Sequence record: MK327931.1
DNA: 64,000 bases
Strand: one strand, 5' to 3'
Of the stretch, positions 27,616 through 37,855 are shown in pieces (the stretch's first letter is position 1; each line of letters starts with the position of its first letter). The notes below the pieces were generated by a model. The model did no database searches. It was not told where the DNA came from and was given only the letters and a program-made list of their open reading frames with translations. The translations under genes were made by a program, and so were the position numbers.

Positions 27616-28238
27616 AAGTCTAAGTCTATACCCTTTTCAAGTGATTTTTCTAGAACCCAAAGTTTACATTCTTCACTCTCCAAATGTATCTTTGCCTCTT
27701 GCTGTTCTCCTATTGTACAAGACTTTATGAATGCACGCAAGGCTTGGATTGTATTTTTTAAATTTTTTATGTCATCGATGATTTTTTCTTTGGTTTCTTC
27801 ATCGATTACACATGAACTCCAACTGTGTCGTTCCTCCCAAACTGTTTTAGCGGGATTATATATTGATTGTGATGCATTGAATGAATGTATTTTATGAAAT
27901 TTATCATCTGCTTCCTGTTGGGTATAATCCCCATATGTGTTCAGAACATTTTTGTATAATTCATCAATGGCCTCTTCATACGTATCACCACCACAATCCA
28001 ATTGATAATCATGTGCTTGTACCCATTCGTCGTCTTGCTCAATATACATTGGTGAAAGAAATTCTACCCAAAATTGAGTCTTTGTATTCAATGCTTTGAA
28101 ATCTTCAATTCGATTTGTCATTGGACACACATCATGAGGTTCAATATCAATCCTAGCTGGAACCATATCTTTGTTTATGAATTTAGGATGACCCAAAATC
28201 CACCAGTACTTTTCCGATGTAGTCATAGTAATCTCCAA
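27612..28238 (-). CDS. Hypothetical protein
   Basis: GGAG SD; DCGGDTYEEAI segment. Confidence 0.7.
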   Translation of the reverse strand: MEITMTTSEKYWWILGHPKFINKDMVPARIDIEPHDVCPMTNRIEDFKALNTKTQFWVEFLSPMYIEQDDEWVQAHDYQLDCGGDTYEEAIDELYKNVLNTYGDYTQQEADDKFHKIHSFNASQSIYNPAKTVWEERHSWSSCVIDEETKEKIIDDIKNLKNTIQALRAFIKSCTIGEQQEAKIHLESEECKLWVLEKSLEKGIDLDL

Positions 28239-28272
28239 TTAAAAAGTACTGCACACGATGGCAGTACTGATG

Positions 28273-28632
28273 TTAAACGTAACGTTTCTTTTTATAATCA
28301 TACCCTACTGCTTTGTAAAAGTCAAACAAAGAAGCATGTTCAAATGTAGGTAATAGATCATATGGGTGCTGATAGTTCGCAATACCAACAATAGCCATCA
28401 TTGATTCAGCAGTTCTTACGTTATCACTATCCCATTCATCTAAACGCCAAAGTGAGCAAAGTACCTCTCGTTCATGTTGCTTACCCAGAAAGAATCCAGC
28501 TTCACGGTCACGAAATGCACCTACACTGACAGTACTTTTGTACCAGTCTTTTTCACCATATAATGGCATACGGATAATATGTTTTTCTTTAGCTTCTCCA
28601 AAGCGATGAAGAAATGCTACATAATCACTCAT
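28273..28632 (-). CDS. Hypothetical protein
   Basis: C-terminal LFDFYKAVGYDYKKKRY. Confidence 0.7.
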   Translation of the reverse strand: MSDYVAFLHRFGEAKEKHIIRMPLYGEKDWYKSTVSVGAFRDREAGFFLGKQHEREVLCSLWRLDEWDSDNVRTAESMMAIVGIANYQHPYDLLPTFEHASLFDFYKAVGYDYKKKRYV

Positions 28633-28799
28633 AATTTATAACCCATTACAGGTTTGGTATGATCCGGTTCGTAAGACTTTTCAGTACTGAACCCTCTGAA
28701 ATTTCCACGTCCTGGATTTGGACAAGCCATCCCTTGTATTGAATGCTTACCCTTATCTTTGCCACAATTTTTACATTTGTAGCCAATTACTTCTTTCAT
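28629..28799 (-). CDS. Small putative zinc-binding protein (56 aa, not in ORF track)
   Basis: MKEVIGYKCKNCGKDKGKHSIQGMACP..., ATGA overlaps at both ends. Confidence 0.65.
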   Translation of the reverse strand: MKEVIGYKCKNCGKDKGKHSIQGMACPNPGRGNFRGFSTEKSYEPDHTKPVMGYKL

Positions 28800-29044
28800 T
28801 GTGCATCCTTCGGAACAGTATTAAGACGTTTGCGATTCACAATCTTCCTGCACATGAGGTTAAGATCTTGCCCATGACGCATAGTATGACATGCGTATAG
28901 TGTTCCTTGATGATTTAGTTTTGTTAAACCTTGACGGATGATTTCAGCATCCATCTCATCAACTTTAGGAGCACAACCACAGAGAATAATGGATACAAAT
29001 ATTGTTAATGTAATGAATATATTTTTCATGATATTTTTTCTCAT
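28796..29044 (-). CDS. Putative lipoprotein
   Basis: Signal peptide with LCGC lipobox. Confidence 0.6.
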   Translation of the reverse strand: MRKNIMKNIFITLTIFVSIILCGCAPKVDEMDAEIIRQGLTKLNHQGTLYACHTMRHGQDLNLMCRKIVNRKRLNTVPKDAQ

Positions 29045-29421
29045 TTAGTAAAACACGAATTATTACTGATAAGTTCATCAAGTACTTTTTGTACTTCGAT
29101 AGAATTAATATCAACTTTGTAATAATTATAGTTTTTAACTCTAAAATGTTCTTTTGATATATCAACTTTAAATTCAATAATATCAAGATTACCAATAAAA
29201 TCAGACTTATCAGTTCTTAAATCCAAAATACCTAATTCCGGTTTTTGTGGTTTACATAAAATCAAACCAAATTTATTTTCTTCAAATGCCTGATTAAACA
29301 TATCATAATAATCACTAATAACAAATCTAATATTATCAGTGCTTAACTTTCCTGATTTTCCTTTTTTATAAACAGAAACAATGTTTAGTTCAAAGGTTTT
29401 ACCAAAGCGTGTGATTTTCAT
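29041..29421 (-). CDS. Hypothetical protein
   Basis: Packed ORF. Confidence 0.65.
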   Translation of the reverse strand: MKITRFGKTFELNIVSVYKKGKSGKLSTDNIRFVISDYYDMFNQAFEENKFGLILCKPQKPELGILDLRTDKSDFIGNLDIIEFKVDISKEHFRVKNYNYYKVDINSIEVQKVLDELISNNSCFTK

Positions 29422-30389
29422 TTTGGGCTATAACCACTTTTAATTTTAGAAATTACTTTCTTCTCGAAGAACTTACGTGCTTCTTCAATAGTTTCGAATT
29501 CTTCACCATCTGTAGTACTGGTTTTACCAATAGCACCGTACTCAATAATTACTTCACACACTGGAGCATTCAATTCAATATTATAGAATTTGTTTGAAGA
29601 ACCGTGAACATATTCCAAATGTACATTATCAGGAATGTTCTGTACATAATCATAGTTCTTGAAGATAATATCAATCATATTTTCTTCGCCGCGATCAGGA
29701 AATAGTTCAGTATTATTCAGTACTAAACGCTGTGCAGCACGGAACATATCAAAATATTGTTCGCCTTTTTTCAGTTCTTTTGTATCAGAACAGAAATGAC
29801 CATAGTATTCTACATAATCATTCCAAGGATAAATTCCTTCATCAGCAGTTTCAGACACGTAAGTTTCATCTTGTGGAACTTTAAAACCACGAGTTTTTGG
29901 ATGAGAAATTAAGCACAGTGAAATATTATGACCGATATCTGAATCATCAGTAATACTACCACCAACCATATGAACAACATTTTTAATACTTTCAAAATCT
30001 ACATCTTCAATTTCATGATACATTAAATGTTCTTCAATATTACTTACTAGTAATGAATTACCATTTCCGGCATCGAATTCAAAAATGAAAAGTTCTACAC
30101 AATCTTCTTCTTTCATTTCAATAGTATCACTGAGTTTAATATACTCATTTTTTAATTGTTCAATATTTTCATGAGAACCAAAACTATAACGTGAACTGAT
30201 ATAACTACTACCGTCCAACCATCCCATATCCCAAGGTTCTTCTGACATGTATTCTGAGCTATAGAAATCAGTCAAATCATCTCTCTGAGTACAAACCGTA
30301 AGAGAACGAACATTACTAAGACCTTGAACTTCAAGATTCAGTACTGTAGTATTGCCAATTTTTTGTTCAGAAATAATTTTAGTTTTCAT
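29418..30389 (-). CDS. Protein with C-terminal WGR domain
   Basis: SNKFYNI...IEYGAIG....F...EEARKFFEKKVISKIKSGY. Confidence 0.75.
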   Translation of the reverse strand: MKTKIISEQKIGNTTVLNLEVQGLSNVRSLTVCTQRDDLTDFYSSEYMSEEPWDMGWLDGSSYISSRYSFGSHENIEQLKNEYIKLSDTIEMKEEDCVELFIFEFDAGNGNSLLVSNIEEHLMYHEIEDVDFESIKNVVHMVGGSITDDSDIGHNISLCLISHPKTRGFKVPQDETYVSETADEGIYPWNDYVEYYGHFCSDTKELKKGEQYFDMFRAAQRLVLNNTELFPDRGEENMIDIIFKNYDYVQNIPDNVHLEYVHGSSNKFYNIELNAPVCEVIIEYGAIGKTSTTDGEEFETIEEARKFFEKKVISKIKSGYSPK

Positions 30390-30398
30390 TTAAAATAC

Positions 30399-30596
30399 CT
30401 ATTGAATTGATTTACGCCATTTGGCTAGTTTAACATTCATGTAAGTAACTCACGTTCCATCTCTTCTGAACTCATATTATCGCATTACAAAGCGAACATG
30501 TCAAGTGCACAAATGCAAAGATCTACAGCTTCACCTTTGACACCATCTTTACCTGCTTCTTTATATGATAACCCATCACGGATGTTCATATTTCAT
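30399..30596 (-). pseudogene. Degraded MazG-like/NTP-pyrophosphatase fragment
   Basis: GVKGEAVDLCICALDMFAL*CDNMSSEEMERELL then -1 shift to MNVKLAKWRKSIQ*; echoes the C-terminus of 30603-31253. Confidence 0.5.
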
Positions 30597-30602
30597 ATCA
30601 TC

Positions 30603-31253
30603 CTACTTTTTCGATTGGAACAATGCAATCTGTACGCGTGTAATGAACTCACGCTCTACTTCTTCAGCACTGTGTCCTTCATATTGTGTCTTGAAAAGTT
30701 CCATTGCTTTTAGTGCCATCTGTACAGAAATGTCTGTAATACTTTCAGTACTGGTACTTTCAAATACATTTTTGAGGCTTAGTTCATCATCACTAACATC
30801 ATCAACTTCAACTGGGTTGTTGTTTTGTTCATCAATGTAACGTAAAGCTTTGTACTCTGCTTTTGTTAGATTTTCATACCAACGTGGGTGGTGGAACAAA
30901 TCATGCATTGTAACTTTTGCTGCTTCCATGAGAAGTAATAGCTCTTCATTTCTGCGAATATGTTTTTCTTCACCTTTATGATTTTTGTAAGTATATGCAC
31001 AACGCATAATGGCTAATCGAACTTCACCTGCTTTGGTGATAGTGTATGAATGTATTGCATTATCATAATCACTTTCCCATTTCTGACCAGCATATTCGTA
31101 CCAAAGTTCATTAGTTTCCCATTTAATGAAATCAAATTCTAACAAACTGTCAATCAACTTAGCCAAATTACCACTGTACTCACGGCTAATGATATTGAAA
31201 CCACCATTGTACTTTGCAAGGTACAGAATCTTTTCTTGAGTTACATTTTTCAT
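30603..31253 (-). CDS. Hypothetical protein
   Basis: Packed ORF. Confidence 0.7.
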   Translation of the reverse strand: MKNVTQEKILYLAKYNGGFNIISREYSGNLAKLIDSLLEFDFIKWETNELWYEYAGQKWESDYDNAIHSYTITKAGEVRLAIMRCAYTYKNHKGEEKHIRRNEELLLLMEAAKVTMHDLFHHPRWYENLTKAEYKALRYIDEQNNNPVEVDDVSDDELSLKNVFESTSTESITDISVQMALKAMELFKTQYEGHSAEEVEREFITRVQIALFQSKK

Positions 31254-31591
31254 TACATGTAATCCTTGATGTATTTTAGCAGTTTAGATTTCTCTTCGGT
31301 ACTTAATGATTTCTTGTTCATTAAGTGTTTCATTTCTTGACGTTCAATTTCTTCACATCTTTTAGATTCAGCTTCAATTCGTGTATTATATTCTTCGTCA
31401 GTTTCTTCTCTGGTCCAAATTACATTGTATCCATGAAAACCGCCGTAACCACTGTCTGGTGAAAGACTAATGTGACCGTTATATTCAGCACGATACTTAT
31501 TAAGAGTGTCAATAAAGGTATCAATGCCACACGGTTCAATTTCAATATAACCAATCACTACAGTAACGTCAATTTTGTTCATAAAGTTCAC
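31253..31591 (-). CDS. Hypothetical protein
   Basis: REETDEEYNTRI motif. Confidence 0.7.
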   Translation of the reverse strand: MNFMNKIDVTVVIGYIEIEPCGIDTFIDTLNKYRAEYNGHISLSPDSGYGGFHGYNVIWTREETDEEYNTRIEAESKRCEEIERQEMKHLMNKKSLSTEEKSKLLKYIKDYM

Positions 31592-31609
31592 CTATAAAAT
31601 TAGGGAGCA

Positions 31610-32167
31610 TTAGCTCCCTTTGTATTGATGTTTACGTTTAGTACTGTATTTCCAGCCAGTACTATGTCTTGTTCTGATATCGTCCCAATACGATGGTAAT
31701 GAACGCATCTTACGTCTTCCACGTATATCAGGTTCCCCCTCATCCTTCAGTACTGCACAAGCCATACGACGCTCTTGTTGTGTCTTAGGACGCTTGTATC
31801 GGGAGTGGTTATGTTTGTACATATACGAACGCTTATGTCGCCATTCCGTATCACGAGCTTTACGTTTATGTTCCCAGTACTCATTATAGAGTATCATGTA
31901 TTCACCCATAAGTAAATCAGGAGATACAAGTAATCCTTTTTCAGTACAAAGATAATAACCCACAAACTTTTCTGGAAACATTTCGTAATAGAAACGGTTC
32001 TTCCAAAATGTTTCACGATTCTTTTTGTTGAATTCAGCTAAATCGAATTTCATCTTACTGTGGAAACGGTCTATACCGTCATGTTCCGCAATGTACTCTA
32101 ACAGATTATCAATAATCTCAACTTTACCAGAATCGTGATACAACGTAAATGTTTGGTCAAAAAACAT
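31610..32167 (-). CDS. Hypothetical basic protein
   Basis: RPKTQQERR...IRGRR...LPSYWDD...GWK. Confidence 0.75.
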   Translation of the reverse strand: MFFDQTFTLYHDSGKVEIIDNLLEYIAEHDGIDRFHSKMKFDLAEFNKKNRETFWKNRFYYEMFPEKFVGYYLCTEKGLLVSPDLLMGEYMILYNEYWEHKRKARDTEWRHKRSYMYKHNHSRYKRPKTQQERRMACAVLKDEGEPDIRGRRKMRSLPSYWDDIRTRHSTGWKYSTKRKHQYKGS

Positions 32168-32393
32168 ATGAAATCTCCTTTAAGTTAAAATAACCTAATG
32201 GAAAGTCATTCTTCCTTTAATACATGTTCTCATGATTTGTTCCTTTTGTCAAGATATAGATATAAAAAATCCCTGCCAAAAGACAGGGACGAAAAACTGA
32301 AATAACACATGGAGTTCTTTTTAATTTAATAAAAAGTATTATTATTCTTATAAAAGTATTTATTAAGAACTCCACAATATGTCTTCAAATGAA

Positions 32394-32582
32394 TCAAAAA
32401 CCTTTCTGAGCTACTAGTTCACGGTACTGTGCACGAGTTAGTACACCTTGTTTGCGTAGAGCTTGAAGACCGGATAGGGTTTCACTCTTACGTTGTTCGT
32501 ACATACGTTGTTCTTTAGATTGAATAACTTTCTCTTTCTTAACTTTTGCTACTGGTTCTTTTTTCTTAGGTTGTTTAGCCAT
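32394..32582 (-). CDS. Small basic protein
   Basis: AAGGAG SD, K/R-rich 62 aa. Confidence 0.7.
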   Translation of the reverse strand: MAKQPKKKEPVAKVKKEKVIQSKEQRMYEQRKSETLSGLQALRKQGVLTRAQYRELVAQKGF

Positions 32583-32613
32583 TTTATATCTCCTTCTGTA
32601 TTATGATAACAAC

Positions 32614-32642
32614 ATTATATCATGTATGGGACATAATGTCCC
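32614..32642 (-). promoter_or_regulatory. GGGACA-N17-TATAAT promoter embedded in a hairpin
   Basis: TGTATGGGACAT/ATGTCCCATACA inverted repeat carries the -35 region. Confidence 0.5.
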
Positions 32643-32650
32643 ATACAATA

Positions 32651-34090
32651 TTACATATTTTCTTCAGCAAATTCTGCAAGTGGTGAACGAACAACACCTT
32701 CTAGTTCGATGACACGACAACCTGCCCAATCTTTAAACTTCTCAGTTACATATGTCAAACCACTGTTAACAGGACTAATAAACTTACTGTCAATCTGACT
32801 CAAGTTACCCATAATTACTACTTTACAGTTTAATCCTGCTCGTGTCAAGATTGTTTTGGCTTGTGCAGGTGTAATGTTTTGGAATTCATCAACTACTAGA
32901 ATAGTGTTGGTGAATGAACGTCCACGTACAAAGTTTAGTGCTTTAAATTGAATAACATTACGTTTCATAATCTCTTCAATACTACCTTGAGGGTTAGCAT
33001 CATCTTTATGAAGAAACTCTAACGCGTCAATTGCGGCTCCACAGAATGGAATCACTTTTTCTGCTTCTGAACCTGGCAAGAAACCAATATCTTCAAACTG
33101 TGAGTCTTGAGTTTTAGAGAAGATGATTCGGTCGTATTTACGTTTTTCCAGTACTAATTCTAATGCAGTCGCAATCGTAATTAGTGTTTTACCAGTACCA
33201 GCAGAACCTAGCAGTACTGTTAGATGTACATCAGGATCGAGAATACTGTTGATGGCGAGTGCTTGTTGGATATTCTTTGCTTTAATATCCCATACTTTAG
33301 CACGTAAAGCTACTGATTGTCCAATATCTTGGAATACCAAAATATCTTCTGGTGTTAGTGTTCCATCATCTTCCTCAATTGCTGATTGACCTTCGTACAC
33401 AAATAATACGTCTGCATCATCATATAGATAATCCCCGATGCATAGATTTTGTGGGAGCAAATGCTCAATCAAGCTTTTGGAAATGTAATGATACAAACGA
33501 CGACCAACTTGTTCGGATTGAATATTAGTATTGGTTAAGTTGCTATATACTTCCCAAAAATTGATTTCCAAATGGTGTTGACCAATGTGAATCAAATCAC
33601 TATCACCAATAACAATATCATGGCGATAATCTTGTACCTCGACACCATAACTTAGTGCTTTGATACGCATGTTGATATCACGAGTTACCAGTACTGATTC
33701 TGTTGCTAAAGCTACCAGAATGATTTTATCATCAGGTACTGTGCTTTTGAGAAGGGTTTGAACTTTCTCTTCTGAACCTTTAGTACGAATTAGTGCTTCA
33801 GCTTCTTCGTTTGTAATAACAAACAATTTGCTATCAGGATTCATATTGGTATGAACATCAGCAATATTAACACCAGTACTACTAATCTCATCATGTGATG
33901 CATCTGCAATAATTGCTTCAATGTTACGAATAGCAACACGAGCATCGCGTGAAACATCTACATTACGACTCTTAATTGAATCCAATTCTTCCAGTACTGT
34001 AAATGGTAGAATGATTGCAGCACCATCAAAAGCAATAGATGCATTAGGGTCAGATAGTAGTACGTTTGTGTCAATTGTATATTTTTTCAT
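32651..34090 (-). CDS. phoH: PhoH-like ATPase with N-terminal PIN domain
   Basis: IDTNVLL PIN start, GSAGTGKT, RGRSF, DEFQN, GNLSQID. Confidence 0.95.
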   Translation of the reverse strand: MKKYTIDTNVLLSDPNASIAFDGAAIILPFTVLEELDSIKSRNVDVSRDARVAIRNIEAIIADASHDEISSTGVNIADVHTNMNPDSKLFVITNEEAEALIRTKGSEEKVQTLLKSTVPDDKIILVALATESVLVTRDINMRIKALSYGVEVQDYRHDIVIGDSDLIHIGQHHLEINFWEVYSNLTNTNIQSEQVGRRLYHYISKSLIEHLLPQNLCIGDYLYDDADVLFVYEGQSAIEEDDGTLTPEDILVFQDIGQSVALRAKVWDIKAKNIQQALAINSILDPDVHLTVLLGSAGTGKTLITIATALELVLEKRKYDRIIFSKTQDSQFEDIGFLPGSEAEKVIPFCGAAIDALEFLHKDDANPQGSIEEIMKRNVIQFKALNFVRGRSFTNTILVVDEFQNITPAQAKTILTRAGLNCKVVIMGNLSQIDSKFISPVNSGLTYVTEKFKDWAGCRVIELEGVVRSPLAEFAEENM

Positions 34091-34150
34091 AAAACATCCT
34101 TGAGTTATGAGTACATCCTTGTACTCGACTAATGTTATTGACTCGGATTA

Positions 34151-34453
34151 TTACATATTTGGTTCGTATTCAACATAGCAACGTGAACCTCGAACCTTTT
34201 CTTCCCAGCACTCCTGGTAAACAAGTTGACCAATTGAAACTGGTTCTCTTGATAGTCCATTACGTACTTCACCATTTTGGGTTTTATACATAAATGAACA
34301 TTTGGACTCGCTACATTGTCCTAAACTAACAACTTCTGCGGTATTGTAGTGAATGTTGGTACGCTTAGTGTTCTCGTGATACTGTCCGAACCAAAGAACT
34401 CCTGCACCTAACAGAACAGTACAAATAAGACTTTTGATGTGTGTTTGAATCAT
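34151..34453 (-). CDS. Hypothetical membrane-anchored protein
   Basis: N-terminal TM, Cys pairs. Confidence 0.65.
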   Translation of the reverse strand: MIQTHIKSLICTVLLGAGVLWFGQYHENTKRTNIHYNTAEVVSLGQCSESKCSFMYKTQNGEVRNGLSREPVSIGQLVYQECWEEKVRGSRCYVEYEPNM

Positions 34454-34770
34454 AATGAGTTAAATCCATTGTTTAAGTATGTTTCAATATTAATTTTACC
34501 AACAGGATTACTACTGTGAACAAAGTACTCAAACGGTTCTTTAATATTATTATCAAACATATAATCAATAAGAAACTTAGCAAAAGAATATCCAGTCTTT
34601 TCGTCTTCGCTCACATCACCCAAGTCATGGTCGAATGATACAAATGCTGGAATTCCATTTTCAATAACATATTCACATGCACTTTTAAAGTCACGACATA
34701 CCACCATATCTTGGTTTGGATAATATAGATTTGCATCACGAATATCATCCAAAAACATTGAGTAAGACAT
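34450..34770 (-). CDS. Receiver-like (cyclic-phosphate-processing) domain protein
   Basis: MFLDDIR, VSFDHDLG, TGY, HSSNPVG. Confidence 0.75.
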   Translation of the reverse strand: MSYSMFLDDIRDANLYYPNQDMVVCRDFKSACEYVIENGIPAFVSFDHDLGDVSEDEKTGYSFAKFLIDYMFDNNIKEPFEYFVHSSNPVGKINIETYLNNGFNSL

Positions 34771-34779
34771 GTTAAACTC

Positions 34780-35331
34780 CTATAGATAACTAATTAGTAA
34801 GTTTTCTTTTTGAACCAGATACTCCAATTCTTGTTTTGCTGTACCGATGAAGTTCTGTGTCATAAGATTATTATATCCCGCTTCTCGATTTTGTCCCTTA
34901 GAATAACGAGAAATATGACATAAATTTACACCAGCAACTTCTGCACTTGCATGTTTAGCATTAGTGTATCCATCTCTAATGTGTTTCAACTCGTCATAGG
35001 TTACTTCATAGCTAAAACTGTGACTGTTTGCACCTGGGTAAATTTCAAAAGTTTTGAGTGGTCGAAGATGGGAAACAAAAATATTGTAATCCATTTCTTC
35101 TTGAACTTCACGACGCAACGCATCTTCTAGTGAGATATCAGTACTTTCTACGGTTCCACCACATCCACCAAGAAGACCATCCCATCGTAATTGCAGTAAT
35201 ACTAAATTTACTTCTGGTATATCATTCAACTCATAGTTTTTGTAAGGGTTGCATTTTCTTGCAAAGAAATAACAAAATACAAAATTTGCACGTGTGCCAT
35301 ATTCACCAAAGGGAACTTCTTTAACACTCAT
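34780..35331 (-). CDS. Nudix hydrolase (T4 NudE-like)
   Basis: GGTVE...ALRREVQEEM Nudix box. Confidence 0.85.
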   Translation of the reverse strand: MSVKEVPFGEYGTRANFVFCYFFARKCNPYKNYELNDIPEVNLVLLQLRWDGLLGGCGGTVESTDISLEDALRREVQEEMDYNIFVSHLRPLKTFEIYPGANSHSFSYEVTYDELKHIRDGYTNAKHASAEVAGVNLCHISRYSKGQNREAGYNNLMTQNFIGTAKQELEYLVQKENLLISYL

Positions 35332-36086
35332 TTCATACGTTCCTTAATTATAGTCTCTAGATGCGGTATTGCTTTGGTTGCTGGCTTGATAACTTTTTCA
35401 TTAAACAAAAAATCATTATCATTTTTACGAATGTTAACATTAACACTATAACATGGTAATGCTGCTGCTAATCTCGACCATACCAGTACTGTATCGCTAC
35501 TACCAATTACAATAACTGTATCATTTTCATTAAGAGATTTCAACACATTATTTCGTTCTTCGTAAATTGGTAAGCGAATACCATCAACATAACGATGATA
35601 TTCTCCAATCATTACTACATTTGGTTTAGCAAAAACATCATGTTTTGGTATGTATGGTTCGTATCCGCAGTTAATAACATTATAATCATCGGAATTGATA
35701 CTATAATTTTCAATAACTTCGCACAAGTTTCCATGAAGTTTAAGCTCATGACCACCAATACGAGTATAAAGATCGTCCATGTTAGAAGTCATATGAAGGA
35801 AGCAATCACCATATTGATCTTCTAACGATTTTATAAAATAATGCATTGCATTCGGTTCGCATTGTCCCAATTTTACACGTAATGTATTATAGAAAGAATG
35901 AACAACATGATATTTTGTAGTTAAACTAGCAATGTTACATACATCATTAATTTTAAATGTATCCCACAAACCATCATCAAATCGAAAAGGTTCCATACCA
36001 CTTTCAACAGAAAGTCCTGCACCTGATATAATCAGTAATCGCTTTTTACCTTCATTGCTTATAAATTTTTCTGATATCATATTCAA
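35328..36086 (-). CDS. Sir2/CobB-family NAD-dependent protein
   Basis: ISGAGLSVESG..FR..GLW, TSNMDDL, LHGNL, KPNVV, IGSS. Confidence 0.9.
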   Translation of the reverse strand: MNMISEKFISNEGKKRLLIISGAGLSVESGMEPFRFDDGLWDTFKINDVCNIASLTTKYHVVHSFYNTLRVKLGQCEPNAMHYFIKSLEDQYGDCFLHMTSNMDDLYTRIGGHELKLHGNLCEVIENYSINSDDYNVINCGYEPYIPKHDVFAKPNVVMIGEYHRYVDGIRLPIYEERNNVLKSLNENDTVIVIGSSDTVLVWSRLAAALPCYSVNVNIRKNDNDFLFNEKVIKPATKAIPHLETIIKERMK

Positions 36087-36283
36087 TCCTTATAAAAAAC
36101 AATTAAATATATTGATAATAACAGAATGATTCCAATATGATAGGCATACATAAAATTATTATCTTTGTGATAACCATTGGATTTCAAGTCCCTATATAAG
36201 CATTTAGCATTGTTATAAATTACAACAATAGAAAAAACTATAAAAAAACTCAAAACCCATTCATAAATTGTGTATGCCATCAT
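36083..36283 (-). CDS. Small membrane protein
   Basis: Two hydrophobic helices. Confidence 0.55.
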   Translation of the reverse strand: MMAYTIYEWVLSFFIVFSIVVIYNNAKCLYRDLKSNGYHKDNNFMYAYHIGIILLLSIYLIVFYKD

Positions 36284-36310
36284 CTATTCTCTCTTATAAT
36301 ATTAGTACTT

Positions 36311-36904
36311 TTAATATTTTAAAACATCAAACTCTTCGCTTACGNNNNNNNNNNNNNNNNNNNNNNNNNNNNNNNNNNNNNNNNNNNNNNNNNNNNNNNN
36401 NNNNNNNNNNNNNNNNNNNNNNNNNNNNNNNNNNNNNNNNNNNNNNNNNNNNNNNNNNNNNNNNNNNNNNNNNNNNNNNNNNNNNNNNNNNNNNNNNNNN
36501 NNNNNNNNNNNNNNNNNNNNNNNNNNGATTGTATGATTGTGGAGAATGATAAATTGTCCACCTCCTACATCTTGTGATGCATCTCGTGCACCCCATTCTT
36601 CTTTAAACATTTGACGAATAATTGGAATAACTTTAAGAACCAAATATTGTGAAAATGTTTGACTAGCATCTTGTTCAGGTAAATTAAGGTTATAATTTAA
36701 CAACTGACCCATACGAAATGATGTAGTATAACCCAATGCCATTACTTCTTTAGTTCTAGTTAGTCCATCATCATGTAACTTGATAAATTCTTTCTCGAAT
36801 ACCTTTGGCTCAGTTTGAACAGTTTTTGTAAATCCATTGCTTCCTAACTTATCCCCAGCAATAAAAGAACTTACTCCGTCAGTGTGTGCAATAATACAGG
36901 TCAT
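36311..36904 (-). CDS. HslV/proteasome-beta-like Ntn hydrolase (partly N-masked)
   Basis: Start MTCIIAH...IAGDKLGSNG exposes an N-terminal Thr; GYTTSFRMGQLL. Confidence 0.7.
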   Translation of the reverse strand: MTCIIAHTDGVSSFIAGDKLGSNGFTKTVQTEPKVFEKEFIKLHDDGLTRTKEVMALGYTTSFRMGQLLNYNLNLPEQDASQTFSQYLVLKVIPIIRQMFKEEWGARDASQDVGGGQFIILHNHTIXXXXXXXXXXXXXXXXXXXXXXXXXXXXXXXXXXXXXXXXXXXXXXXXXXXXXXXXXXXXXVSEEFDVLKY

Positions 36905-37161
36905 AAAATAGCTCCAATTGCAAATAATGTTGTGTATAAGATATAAATTAGTGCTCCTAACAACATTAGGCACACCAAGTATGAAGTTGATAGTACATAA
37001 TAAATTATTGCTTCGAATTTTGAATTGAACTTCATTGTAGTTGAATCAATAAAGCCATTACGATAATCTTTGTAAATGAAAACTGTTAGAAAAATAACTG
37101 TAGCATACATTACTACAGTAGCATAAAAAATAATAGATGTCAAGTTTTGGATGTTTGTCAT
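36901..37161 (-). CDS. Small membrane protein
   Basis: Two hydrophobic helices. Confidence 0.55.
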   Translation of the reverse strand: MTNIQNLTSIIFYATVVMYATVIFLTVFIYKDYRNGFIDSTTMKFNSKFEAIIYYVLSTSYLVCLMLLGALIYILYTTLFAIGAIL

Positions 37162-37231
37162 AGTTATATAATCTCAATATAATTAATAACAAAGGAAGTA
37201 CATCATAATCATCCTGTTATTTTAATTATTT

Positions 37232-37855
37232 TTATTGTTTGACTGAACCGTAAAAAACCAGTTCTGGTTTTGTTAATATTACAACATCTTCACCACGAGA
37301 ACGACTAACTCTAAATAGAACTTCTGGTGGGATTCCATTTGCTGCATATAGTGAAAAAAGGAAACCTACCTTTGTTGCCATTTCTTCGGTAAAAGTTGAT
37401 AACTGTCTTACAGACACAAATGAATTATCACCATCAGTAACATTACTTTTAATCGAAATGTTATGAAGACCCAGTACTGAGCGATTTGTCATATATCGCT
37501 TTTCGGGAGATACACTAAAGAATACCACAGTACATGCTGAATTGCAATACCTAGAAACAATTAAATTTATCCCATTGTCTCTAACAAAGTTTGCCATTCG
37601 AATACCTGCATCAAAATCACCACCAGGAGATGTAATTGTGATGGTATCATAGTGTTCTTTATCATACAACTCTATCATACGCTTGAGTGACCCATCTGTA
37701 ATATCTGATATGAAATATACATTTCGGGTTTCAGGATTATACTTTATCACATTTTTACTTTCAATACCAGCACTGGCTGGAAAATTTATTAACAATAGAA
37801 ACATTGCTGCTTGTATCACTTCAAGCCATAGTCTTTTCATATAACAAGTCCTCAA
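37232..37855 (-). CDS. Exported ClpP/crotonase-fold protein
   Basis: Signal peptide; ITSPGGD, CNSACT, VLGLH. Confidence 0.7.
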   Translation of the reverse strand: MRTCYMKRLWLEVIQAAMFLLLINFPASAGIESKNVIKYNPETRNVYFISDITDGSLKRMIELYDKEHYDTITITSPGGDFDAGIRMANFVRDNGINLIVSRYCNSACTVVFFSVSPEKRYMTNRSVLGLHNISIKSNVTDGDNSFVSVRQLSTFTEEMATKVGFLFSLYAANGIPPEVLFRVSRSRGEDVVILTKPELVFYGSVKQ

